DNA of 32,000 nucleotides. It comes from Vibrio alginolyticus NBRC 15630 = ATCC 17749. GTDB lineage: Bacteria; Pseudomonadota; Gammaproteobacteria; Enterobacterales; Vibrionaceae. How positions within the stretch are numbered: position 1 is the stretch's first letter; the number at the start of each line of letters is the position of its first letter. Under the pieces are notes generated by a model that was not told where the DNA came from, did no database searches, and worked only from the letters and a program-made list of their open reading frames with translations. The stretch covers positions 1,050,001 through 1,082,000 of the forward strand of contig NC_022349.1 in NCBI RefSeq assembly GCF_000354175.2. The letters run 5' to 3'. Shown here in pieces: positions 9,059-17,368 of this stretch. The position numbers and the translations under genes were made by a program.

Positions 9059-9072
9059 AATACGTACGTATT
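9059..9072. promoter_or_regulatory. Second TACGTAC-containing perfect palindrome, AATACGTACGTATT
   Basis: A 14-bp perfect palindrome sharing the TACGTAC heptamer with the site at 8965-8980. The two centres are 93 bp apart, within the AT-rich region upstream of the TRAP operon. Confidence 0.35.
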
Positions 9073-9171
9073 TTTCTGCCAAAAAATTTACATAGTATTT
9101 AAGAAAATGTGACAAACCACTTATTGGCAGTGTTAAAGTCAGTACTTAATGCATTATTTCCAATACCAAGA

Positions 9172-9201
9172 TAAAAAAATACCTCGGCATCGGCCGAGGT
9201 A
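9172..9201 (-). terminator. Rho-independent terminator of the 134-aa gene
   Basis: A 9-bp stem, TACCTCGGC (9180-9188) with GCCGAGGTA (9193-9201), and a 4-nt loop. An A7 run on the plus strand gives a T-run after the hairpin on the minus strand. Confidence 0.8.
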
Positions 9202-9225
9202 TTCAATCCAGAACGGTAGCGGTAA

Positions 9226-9630
9226 TTAAACTGCTTTGTAGATAACTTTGTTACCTGCTAACTGCTCTTTTTGAACTAGGTTTTCTTCAAGAAGCTTCTT
9301 TAGTGCGCCAGTAGCCCATGATGCCGCTTTAGTATCTTCTTGACCTGCAGCTAGACCGATGCCTTTAGGGTTAATACCTTCAGCATTCGCCATAACGATG
9401 TCTAATACTTGTTGTTGCTTAGGAGTAAGGGCAACATCAACTGTTTTCACTGCAGCTACTTTTTTATCAGCTACTACTTTCTCCGCAACAGCTTTTTCAG
9501 CAACAGAAGGTGCTACTGCTTTTTCCGCAACAGGCTTCACTGCTTTAGGTGCTGCAGCTAAGTTTGCTACTGTCGCTTTAATGCGTTTTTGCAGTTTCAT
9601 CTGCACTTTACGCTTATGAGCAAGTCTCAT
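9226..9630 (-). CDS. Small basic protein with an Ala/Lys/Val-rich repeat N-terminus (histone H1-like tail) and a C-terminal domain that looks like a winged helix. Function unknown.
   Basis: 134 aa. The N-terminal half reads KRKVQMKLQKRIK...AAPKAVKPVAEKAVAPSVAEKAVAEKVVADKKVAAVK. The C-terminal half reads LTPKQQQVLDIVMANAEGINPKGIGLAAGQEDTKAASWATGALKKLLEENLVQKE. SD GGAG lies 9 nt before the ATG, and the gene has its own terminator. Confidence 0.6.
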   Translation of the reverse strand: MRLAHKRKVQMKLQKRIKATVANLAAAPKAVKPVAEKAVAPSVAEKAVAEKVVADKKVAAVKTVDVALTPKQQQVLDIVMANAEGINPKGIGLAAGQEDTKAASWATGALKKLLEENLVQKEQLAGNKVIYKAV

Positions 9631-9903
9631 TGAATATTTCTCCAGTTCACTGCATCTCAGCAGGGATGAAAATTTGAAGCGCGTTTTATACCAAAATTCA
9701 CAAGCAATTTGTAGGTTTTAGCGGCGAAACGCGATGAAAAATGCGCTCAAAGCATAGAACGTCTACTATTTAATCAGATATTTTATGAACGGATTTATTG
9801 AATACTGGGTATAAAAACAGAGGTTTGTTTTATTTTAAATGCAAATCAATGCACATAAAGCTACCCACTTATTTTTGGACAAGTATTCGATGAGGTTATA
9901 AGC

Positions 9904-10569
9904 ATGGAAACGCTGCACCTAACAAATTCACATTTCAAACCCGACTCCCCTATCAACAGAATACTTTTGTTGCTCGTTGCACTCATCACTTTGTTTTTGG
10001 TTGCCATTTCTCCGGGATGGAAGCAAGCCATGTTGTCGGTCATTTTGATGTCTGCAATCGTTGGTTTCGCCATCTTGATGATTAAGAAAAGCCAAGTCAC
10101 TTTTACGCTGACAGCTTCTCACTTTCAGCAACACCTTTTTAAAGGAGGTTGGGTCGTCCGATGGCGAAATATTGAGTCAATCGGTATTTGTAGCTACCAA
10201 CAGGAAGGGTGGCACCAACCGCTACCTTGGATCGGTATTCGTCTAAAACACTACTCACCCTACTTAAATTCAATCTGCCCTCGTATAGCGACAGAAATTC
10301 TCCTCAGCCAGCGAGCACTGCTTTACTTAGGCGCGAAACAAAATCAGTGTGAAGATAAGTTTGAGGATATAGTGCTTGACCCTAAACCGTATATAAACAG
10401 AGATGGGATTGAGTACAAAGGTTTGTTAGCGATGCTCGCCAACCGGATGAAGTATCAGAGAGGCTTTTATGGCTACGATCTATTTATATCAGCAAGTGAT
10501 CTAGATCGTGAGGCTGAGGATTTTGTGGGACTGACTCGGCGATACTTAGCTGCCGCCGAGCCAGAATAA
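9904..10569 (+). CDS. Hypothetical membrane protein (two N-terminal TM helices plus a cytoplasmic domain of about 150 aa)
   Basis: 221 aa. TM segments are ILLLLVALITLFLVAI and LSVILMSAIVGFAILMI, followed by a soluble region (TFTLTASHFQQHLFKGGWVVRWRNIESIG...). SD GAGG. I do not recognise a family with confidence. Confidence 0.55.
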   Translation: METLHLTNSHFKPDSPINRILLLLVALITLFLVAISPGWKQAMLSVILMSAIVGFAILMIKKSQVTFTLTASHFQQHLFKGGWVVRWRNIESIGICSYQQEGWHQPLPWIGIRLKHYSPYLNSICPRIATEILLSQRALLYLGAKQNQCEDKFEDIVLDPKPYINRDGIEYKGLLAMLANRMKYQRGFYGYDLFISASDLDREAEDFVGLTRRYLAAAEPE

Positions 10570-10587
10570 TGCTTAGTACACGCACTT

Positions 10588-11244
10588 TTAGTAAAGCGGC
10601 ATCTCGTCAGCAACGAACGGGTTAGTTTTACGCTCATGACCGAAAGTCGATTGAGGGCCGTGACCAGGGACAAACGTGACATCACTGCCTAAAGGCCACA
10701 ATTTCTCTTTGATAGAACTAATCAACGTATTGAAATCACCTTGTGGGAAGTCAGTTCGACCAATGCTACCGTTAAACAAAACGTCACCCACAAACGCTAA
10801 ACGCGCTTCTTCACTGTAAAGCACAACGTGACCAGGTGTATGACCAGGTGTGTGGAATACGTTCAGCACTTGATTACCGAAAGTGACAGTGTCACCCTCA
10901 CTTAGCCATTGGTGCGGTTCAAACGCTTCTGTCAGTGGGAAACCAAACATTTGGCTCTGACCTTCCAAACCTTGCAACCAGAAGTTATCTGCCTTGTGAG
11001 GACCAACAATCTCTGTACCGCCAAGCAGTGCAGACAGCGGCTCCGTGCCACCTACGTGGTCCAAGTGACCGTGTGTTAGCACTAGGTTTACCACGTCAAC
11101 ACCCAGCTCTTTGATAAGCATAGCGAGCTGCTTTTCATCGCCGCCTGGGTCAACCACAATGCCTTTCATGGTTTCGTCACACCAGACAATAGAACAGTTT
11201 TGAGAGAAAGATGTTACTGGAACAACTTGGTATTTCAGAGCCAT
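10588..11244 (-). CDS. gloC: MBL-fold hydrolase, YcbL/GloC-type hydroxyacylglutathione hydrolase (glyoxalase II)
   Basis: The metal motif THGHLDHVGG is present. It is near-colinear with E. coli YcbL as I recall it (M..Y.I.PVT.FSQNCS.IWC...HTPGHTPGHVV...FIPGHGP.ST.G.ER..NPF). The track ORF begins at a TTG at 11286. The ATG at 11244 (MALKYQVVPVT) matches the E. coli N-terminus. The ldtD-mepK-gloC synteny is conserved. Confidence 0.85.
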   Translation of the reverse strand: MALKYQVVPVTSFSQNCSIVWCDETMKGIVVDPGGDEKQLAMLIKELGVDVVNLVLTHGHLDHVGGTEPLSALLGGTEIVGPHKADNFWLQGLEGQSQMFGFPLTEAFEPHQWLSEGDTVTFGNQVLNVFHTPGHTPGHVVLYSEEARLAFVGDVLFNGSIGRTDFPQGDFNTLISSIKEKLWPLGSDVTFVPGHGPQSTFGHERKTNPFVADEMPLY

Positions 11245-11373
11245 AGATAACCTATACCGAATAAATTTGCGTGAAAACTGCCGCAACTATGACACTAAGG
11301 CCTAGCGACTTCAAGCTTTGAACTGTGGGTAATCGACGACGTTCTGAGACTAGAAACCTTGTCTCAACTGGCA

Positions 11374-11922
11374 CTACCAGGAACGAACAGCACCCGTATC
11401 GATATGAACAAAGTTACTGCGTGGATAATAACCCACGCCACCGGCTTTTAGGCTTAATGCAGCATCACGAACCGTTGAAAGCTTCACGCCGTCTAAACGG
11501 AAATCAATGGCCTTTCCTTCCATGTGCATGCTCTTTTTCGCTACACGAGAAGACCCGTTGCGCAGCGAGGCGTTAGTGGCAGGAGAACGGTAACCTGAAA
11601 TGACGATCACCTCTGCTTCTGTACCAATTAACTTTTGAATTTGACTTATTTGATCGAACAAGCGTCTATCCATGGGATGAACCTCATTTCGTCGATGGTC
11701 TCGACAAAACTCATTCAGCCTTTGCAGTTCATCATTAATGTATCGTTTTCCATCGAAATAGCATGTTTCGAGGATCTCTCCAGTATTAAGGTTGTTCATC
11801 GCCAGCGCACGTGGCTCGTCAGGGAGTGAAGCCCAAGAAAATGATGGCAGGGCAGACGCCAACACCACACCACCAGCGGTCATTTTAAGGAAATCTCGGC
11901 GGGAAAAGTTACGACTTACCAT
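11374..11922 (-). CDS. mepK: Peptidase M15A-family murein endopeptidase, YcbK/MepK-like, Tat-exported
   Basis: 182 aa with a twin-arginine signal (SRRDFLKMTAGG). Strong colinearity with E. coli YcbK (ISGYRS..TN..LR......AKKS.H..G.A.DF...G..LS..R.AALS..AGGVGYYPRSNFVHIDTG..R.W). Confidence 0.85.
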   Translation of the reverse strand: MVSRNFSRRDFLKMTAGGVVLASALPSFSWASLPDEPRALAMNNLNTGEILETCYFDGKRYINDELQRLNEFCRDHRRNEVHPMDRRLFDQISQIQKLIGTEAEVIVISGYRSPATNASLRNGSSRVAKKSMHMEGKAIDFRLDGVKLSTVRDAALSLKAGGVGYYPRSNFVHIDTGAVRSW

Positions 11923-12088
11923 TTCAAAATACAGTGCTCAACAACTAGACAAGTCGTGGACATTAACCAAACACATTTGTCACGTCAAATGCATAAAATG
12001 CTCCATCTTGATTTTCAGATGCAGTAATTATTGATTAATTATTGAACGAAAAGAGAATTCTTCGTTTTGTAAATTTTCCTTAAAGATT

Positions 12089-13678
12089 TCAACTGCGGTG
12101 ATCGTACTTATAGATATCATCACGGTAGTAAAGCGTTCCCTCTTCCAACCATGCTGTTTGATAAATGATGTGTACTTGAATGCGCTCTCCCAAAGGAACT
12201 GACGTGTTAGACCGACGAGAACTTTCTCGCTTTTTCGCTAAACGTTCTTCCAGCCCCTGAGTTTTGAACAGAAGTTCTGCTAACTGGTCTGCATGTTCTA
12301 CACGAACACATCCTGAGCTGAATGCGCGTCTGTCCTGTTCAAACAAGTTCTTACTTGGCGTGTCATGCAAATAAATAGCTTGTGGGTTAGGCATATTGAA
12401 CTTGTACAATCCCAGTGCATTTTGTAAGCCCGACGCCTGTCGCATACGATAAGGAAATGTTCTCGGATTCACCGTTGCCCAATTGATGGTTGTAGGGTCA
12501 ATAATTTCGTTCGAAGTCCAAGACCGAATGATTTGAATGTTATGGTTAATCAAATACATCGGATTACGTTTTACTTTAGGAATAATGTCTTTAACCATGA
12601 TAGTCCAAGGCACGTTCCAAGTTGGGTTGAGAATAACTGAATCCAATGCCACCGACATGATGGGTGTTTTTCTTGATGCTCTCCCTACCACAACTTTAGA
12701 CTCAAACAAGGGTTGACCGTCATGCCAATACGTGACTTCGTATCCAGGCACGTTAACAAAGACAACATTATCCCTTTCTTTCGACCAAATTCTTGAACGC
12801 TCAGAATTCAACGCCAGCAGATGCAATCGCTCTTGAGGAGAAAAGTTGATCCACCGAATGGTATTCGGGCCGATAACGCCATCTTCTTTCAAACCATGAA
12901 TACGCTGGAACTCTTTTATCGCAAGCTCTAATTGTTCGTCATATTCTTCAGTGACTAAATCCAAGTAAGAAACATCTACGCCTACGATCTCCATTCGCTC
13001 AATCAATAGGGGTCTGTTTTCTAATATATCGCCAACACGTGCTAGCCCAGTTTGTTGATAGGCAGGATATTGGTACTGAGAATGTTCCGATAGCGAAGAA
13101 TAGGCGGAGTAGAAAGCATCATCTGTTTGTAATGGAGACCGGAGACTTGCCAAAAACTGACCAAGTTTGCCAACCGTAATCTCATTACTCAGAACCGATA
13201 AAGTATCGATGCTAGGAGCGGGTAACGTAACATGGGCTTTGTCTGTAAATAGCCAATTAATCCCTTCTTCGGGGAGTTGCTCAAGATAACTAAGGTACAT
13301 CAAGAGTGAATCTGTCATCACTAAATCGAAGTCGAGATTATCTCCCTGCCACCTTACTTGGTTTATCCGGTGAAGTTGATTTTCGAATTCATCGGTGACA
13401 TCCGCAAGTGCAACCAGGTTTACTTGAAAAAGAAACTGCTCAATATCACTTTCATTTTCCCAGTTCAAACGGTAATTGGTGCTTTGATACAGTTGATCAA
13501 TCACCTCTGGATAATGGATCATTTTTTCTACAGACAGCTTTTGTACCGCTCCCTCTTGCTCGACTTGCGCTGAAGCTTCGAGAGAAACGACGGTGGAAAA
13601 GCTGCAAAACGGCACCAGAAGTGCCGTCATGATTAAAACCCTAGCAAACACTGAAATGATCCTTGCGCTACTTGCCAT
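12089..13678 (-). CDS. ldtD: L,D-transpeptidase, YcbB/LdtD-like (peptidoglycan-binding domain plus YkuD catalytic domain)
   Basis: 529 aa. The N-terminus has a signal or anchor. A PG-binding-like segment is present (LELAIKEFQRIHGLKEDGVIGPNT). The YkuD catalytic motif is IYLHDTPSKNLFEQDRRAFSSGCVRVE. It sits upstream of mepK and gloC, as in E. coli. Confidence 0.85.
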   Translation of the reverse strand: MASSARIISVFARVLIMTALLVPFCSFSTVVSLEASAQVEQEGAVQKLSVEKMIHYPEVIDQLYQSTNYRLNWENESDIEQFLFQVNLVALADVTDEFENQLHRINQVRWQGDNLDFDLVMTDSLLMYLSYLEQLPEEGINWLFTDKAHVTLPAPSIDTLSVLSNEITVGKLGQFLASLRSPLQTDDAFYSAYSSLSEHSQYQYPAYQQTGLARVGDILENRPLLIERMEIVGVDVSYLDLVTEEYDEQLELAIKEFQRIHGLKEDGVIGPNTIRWINFSPQERLHLLALNSERSRIWSKERDNVVFVNVPGYEVTYWHDGQPLFESKVVVGRASRKTPIMSVALDSVILNPTWNVPWTIMVKDIIPKVKRNPMYLINHNIQIIRSWTSNEIIDPTTINWATVNPRTFPYRMRQASGLQNALGLYKFNMPNPQAIYLHDTPSKNLFEQDRRAFSSGCVRVEHADQLAELLFKTQGLEERLAKKRESSRRSNTSVPLGERIQVHIIYQTAWLEEGTLYYRDDIYKYDHRS

Positions 13679-13783
13679 AATAAAAAGTATGGCAAATATC
13701 TCACAGCTTGCAGGTTTAAAATTAAGAATCTGATGCCGAAAACGACAACAAAACTCTCTATAAGTAATTACTCAATGATCTTT

Positions 13784-14866
13784 CTAGATAATTCTCGACC
13801 AATGGTTGTCCCATTGCACTCCGCTTGCGAAGGTACTTTTTGACTCTTCAGGCCTTTGCTCTACCACTTTTCCCGCCCCAGAGCTGACTCGGAACTCATC
13901 GCCATAGACCACAACACCGGAGGCATCTGGTAACGCACTTAGCTCGACCAATTTGCCCGTAGATTTAGACCATATACCATAACAACTGCCCGGAGGCGAA
14001 GTGGCTAAGATCCATTCATCGGTTGCTGCAATACTCGCAACGTAGTGATTGAAACGCGCCCACTCTTCAGGCTCAGCTTGAAGATCTTGCATTTCACCAC
14101 CACGCGTGTGCATGGCGATCAAGGCTGGATACTCATCCGGCTCACCACGATATTGCTGCCCACAAAGCACGGTTTCCGCACCATCATGGGCTAAGTGGCG
14201 AATACTCAACTTGTGATCCGGTAAAGAAACCTGATCCAGCAACGCACCATCTTGTGAAAGATAACTTAAGCTCGGTTTCATCGTTTCAAGGTTCAGTGGT
14301 TCACGGCCGTTGGTGTGTACGCCACCGACGCCAATCGCTAGTGCGCCGTCAGGCATCATGATCACTTCATGCGGGCCAAGGCCAAAACCTGTTAACTCAT
14401 CGATTTTTTGATATTGCTTCTGCACATCATAAACACCAATGATCCCGCGACTTGTCCCCCTCTCCCCTTCTGTGGCAAATAGCAATGTGCCGTCATGGGA
14501 GTAAACGCCATGCCCATAGAAATGGCGATTTGGCTTTGCTAGTTGCAGTTTGATCATCTGCCCTGAGCGATAATCAAATACCATGAAGAAAGTACCTGGT
14601 CGACGACCAAAAACTACGGCGTGGCCTTGTTGGTTGGTTGCTACACCGTGACCACGCTCAGGAATCGGCAATGAAGATAGCGGCATACCATGCTCATCCG
14701 CTACCACCGCTGCATATTTATCTCGGCCAATGATAGAGCAGCCGATCAACGCAGGCTCACGTGAGCTTGTTGAAGCACAACCAAATGGCATCATAGGTGT
14801 AGCCGCCCCGAATAGAGCGGCTTTCAGTAAGTTTCGGCGGGTTTGATCAGTCACCATCGGTTGCAT
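13784..14866 (-). CDS. Tat-exported DUF1513-type protein (predicted beta-propeller-like), last gene of the imelysin/di-heme cluster
   Basis: 360 aa. Twin-arginine signal TRRNLLKAALFGAA. It contains HFYGHGVYSHDG and repeated Gly/Asp-rich blade-like segments. It overlaps the upstream gene by 20 nt (or 11 nt if the ATG at 14857 is used). The family call is from memory of this conserved operon. Confidence 0.7.
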   Translation of the reverse strand: MQPMVTDQTRRNLLKAALFGAATPMMPFGCASTSSREPALIGCSIIGRDKYAAVVADEHGMPLSSLPIPERGHGVATNQQGHAVVFGRRPGTFFMVFDYRSGQMIKLQLAKPNRHFYGHGVYSHDGTLLFATEGERGTSRGIIGVYDVQKQYQKIDELTGFGLGPHEVIMMPDGALAIGVGGVHTNGREPLNLETMKPSLSYLSQDGALLDQVSLPDHKLSIRHLAHDGAETVLCGQQYRGEPDEYPALIAMHTRGGEMQDLQAEPEEWARFNHYVASIAATDEWILATSPPGSCYGIWSKSTGKLVELSALPDASGVVVYGDEFRVSSGAGKVVEQRPEESKSTFASGVQWDNHWSRII

Positions 14867-15884
14867 TAAATCCTATAACCACGCCAAGCTCGATCGCCAC
14901 TTCTTCGTGAATCAGGTACTTCAATTGCTCTAGCTTATTGTACTGAGCGAGCACCATGCGATAGCCTTCTTTTGTTTGTAGTGCAGCAAACAAGCTCTTA
15001 TCTTCTGGCCAAGTTTCTAACGCCATTTCAAACTGATGAACAACACGGTCTGCGAGATCTTCATGGCCTTGCTCTCTTAGTAGCGCATCTAGACCATTCC
15101 CGTTAGCAAAGTACAACGCTTCCATCCCTTGAAGGTTGGCTTTTAAGTTTGAAAGCGAGGTCTCTGAACGCCACGATTCTGAGAAATACGGGCGAGGCTT
15201 GCCAATCTTCGCTAGCGGTCGACTCAACTTCTTCATGCTGTATTCAAGCTGATTAGAGAGCAGTGAAATGTACTCAGATTCCCATTCCGTCATCTCTAGC
15301 GATTTCCAAGGATTCTCTGCCCAAGAATCCGCAATGATCTGCGCTTTGTTATCGAGGTTTTCTGCAATCGAAACGCCTGTCGCACAAGTATTGTTGTTGC
15401 TAGATAAGGTCGACGCTTTATCGTAAAGCAGCCATTCCAGTGCCCCTAAACCTTGCACGGTGACACTTTGGGTGGAAATATCTTCTGCACTCCAAGCTTG
15501 ATCAGATTTCGTCAGTACAGACATCTTACGACCAGTGGTGTTCTTTTTATCTGGCCAAAACTGAACATTCCAGCTTTGCTCCAACGCCATAGCAGGGCCA
15601 CGTTCTTGACCTTGTAACGCCATCCACGCAAGCATAGTTTGATGCCATTGCTGTTTTACTTGTGCATCATCTTTCGACTCTGATGCGCAGTAATCCGCGA
15701 AGCGCTGTTCAAGTTCTGTGGTTTGCGCTAAAAACGTCTGAGCTGATTGAAACTCGACCTCGTACACGCTTTGAGAAATATGACTTGTACTCTCAGGCTT
15801 GGCAGAGCTCGAACCGATGGTCGATTGGCAACCAACCAAACTTAACGTTGCGGCAATCGCACTCACTAATAGTGTTTTTTTCAT
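14847..15884 (-). CDS. Imelysin-like (peptidase M75-fold) lipoprotein, paralogue lacking the HxxE histidine
   Basis: 345 aa with lipobox LSLVGC. The segment QGLGALEWLLYDK aligns with the GYHAIEFLLWGQD motif of the first gene, but His is replaced by Gly. SD AAGGAAG. Confidence 0.7.
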   Translation of the reverse strand: MKKTLLVSAIAATLSLVGCQSTIGSSSAKPESTSHISQSVYEVEFQSAQTFLAQTTELEQRFADYCASESKDDAQVKQQWHQTMLAWMALQGQERGPAMALEQSWNVQFWPDKKNTTGRKMSVLTKSDQAWSAEDISTQSVTVQGLGALEWLLYDKASTLSSNNNTCATGVSIAENLDNKAQIIADSWAENPWKSLEMTEWESEYISLLSNQLEYSMKKLSRPLAKIGKPRPYFSESWRSETSLSNLKANLQGMEALYFANGNGLDALLREQGHEDLADRVVHQFEMALETWPEDKSLFAALQTKEGYRMVLAQYNKLEQLKYLIHEEVAIELGVVIGFNATDGD

Positions 15885-15917
15885 GGTTGCTTCCTTATAG
15901 AGAATTCAGAAACGCAA

Positions 15918-17276
15918 TCAATGCGTCACGTTCTTTTTGTTCAGTGCTAAGACGTTTTGTTTCGCCGTTTCAGCTTCGCCGCCGTGCCACAACACCGCTT
16001 CCATCAGGTTACGAGCGCGGCCATCATGTAGAAAGTAAGTGTGTCCGTTTACTTCTTCGGTATAACCAATGCCCCATAGCGGTGCTGTTCGCCACTCGCG
16101 GCCGTTTGCTTGATATTCCGGACGGTTATCGGCTAAGCCTTCACCCATGTCATGCAAAAGCATGTCGGTGTATGGGTGGATAAGCTGCTCAGAAAGCGCT
16201 GGTAACTCTGGTCGTTTCGCCGTTTTAACACTGGTCTTGTGGCAGCTTTCACAGCCAGACGCAGCAAAGATTTGCTGACCAAGTTTCACGTTAGGGTCAT
16301 TGATATTACGGCGAATAGGTACAGCTAAGTGCTGGCTGTAAAACTCTACGAAGTCGAGAATATTTTCACTCACTTCTGGTTTGCCGCCATTTGGCATGTC
16401 GTCACAAATGCTTTGTTTCGAGGTACAGTTTTCATTTGGGAATAAATGGCTCGTAAGACCCACATCACCATTAAATGCTGCTGCATTTTGCTGCATTAGC
16501 GTCGGTTGTCCTGCTTTCCAGCCAAAACGACCAATCGAGAAGTCGTCCTTCTCAATATCCCACACCTTATTGACTTTGCCTGAGATACCGTCTTTGTCGG
16601 CATCTTGTTCATCAACCCAAGCAAGTAGCGTTTCGTCGGGAATACTCTCTAACAAACCAAGGCCGATCATTGGCGGTGCCACGCGTGCTGAGAACTCGGT
16701 ATCAGGGTGCATATCGCCGTAACCCAGATCGGTAATGTTCAAATGAGGTTTTCTTAGCGTCACCGTCGTACCGTCTTTAAATTTCACTGGGACATCGGTG
16801 TAAGTGATTTCGATTTTGCCTTCTGGCGTTTGATCCTGCAGGGCGAAATCTTGAAGCTGACCACCATAAGTCGGCTCAGGTATGCCACCGTCTTTGATGT
16901 AGGCTTTCTTTTGTTCTGGCGTCATCGCAGGAATGCTTAAGCGCACTAACATAGACACGGCATGTAAATCATCTTTCTCTGGCGGATGACCACGACCGTC
17001 TTTGATGTGACAGTTCTGACAACCATTGGTGTTAAAAAGCGGACCTAGGCCATCACGAGCGTCTGTTGACGCTGGCGCTTGTACCCAAGGGTTGCGGAAA
17101 AAGCTGTTACCCACACTAAAATCTAGGCGTTTGCTCATCGGCAGGTTGGCAGCAGGAAGAGAATAGGCATTCGCGCCATCTTTTTTAACACTGGTTTTGC
17201 CACCAGACTTAACATCGTAAGCCATGGCAGAAGAAGAAAGGATCGCGGCTAGCGCAGAAATTAGGTATGGCTTCAT
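15918..17276 (-). CDS. Di-heme c-type protein, DUF1111 family (annotated as putative thiol oxidoreductase or cytochrome c peroxidase-like)
   Basis: 452 aa with a signal peptide (AAILSSSAMAYD). Two CXXCH motifs are present, GCQNCHIKDGRG and GCESCHKTS. It is located between the two imelysin-like genes. Confidence 0.8.
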   Translation of the reverse strand: MKPYLISALAAILSSSAMAYDVKSGGKTSVKKDGANAYSLPAANLPMSKRLDFSVGNSFFRNPWVQAPASTDARDGLGPLFNTNGCQNCHIKDGRGHPPEKDDLHAVSMLVRLSIPAMTPEQKKAYIKDGGIPEPTYGGQLQDFALQDQTPEGKIEITYTDVPVKFKDGTTVTLRKPHLNITDLGYGDMHPDTEFSARVAPPMIGLGLLESIPDETLLAWVDEQDADKDGISGKVNKVWDIEKDDFSIGRFGWKAGQPTLMQQNAAAFNGDVGLTSHLFPNENCTSKQSICDDMPNGGKPEVSENILDFVEFYSQHLAVPIRRNINDPNVKLGQQIFAASGCESCHKTSVKTAKRPELPALSEQLIHPYTDMLLHDMGEGLADNRPEYQANGREWRTAPLWGIGYTEEVNGHTYFLHDGRARNLMEAVLWHGGEAETAKQNVLALNKKNVTH

Positions 17277-17328
17277 ATCATTGCTCTACATAGACAACAA
17301 GGGTGATAACAACGAGCTCAAACGTCAA

Positions 17329-17353
17329 AAGGGCTCACAAAGAGCCCTTATTT
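17329..17353 (-). terminator. Intra-cluster hairpin after the first (IrpA-like) gene, a possible partial terminator or attenuator
   Basis: AAGGGCTC (17329-17336), loop ACAAA, GAGCCCTT (17342-17349). On the minus strand the stem is followed by TTTTGACG. It lies about 20 nt after the stop codon at 17369. Confidence 0.45.
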
Positions 17354-17368
17354 ATTATGGTTTTCTTA

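Noticed and set aside
12040-12075. AACGAA...TTCGTT hairpin after ldtD, considered as a terminator
   Set aside because: It is a 6-bp AT-rich stem with a 10-nt loop. The T-run is on the wrong strand for ldtD. Too weak to call.
15662-16183. 173-aa plus-strand ORF spanning the junction of the imelysin lipoprotein and di-heme genes
   Set aside because: It is antisense to two well-supported genes and crosses their intergenic gap. No motifs and no SD.
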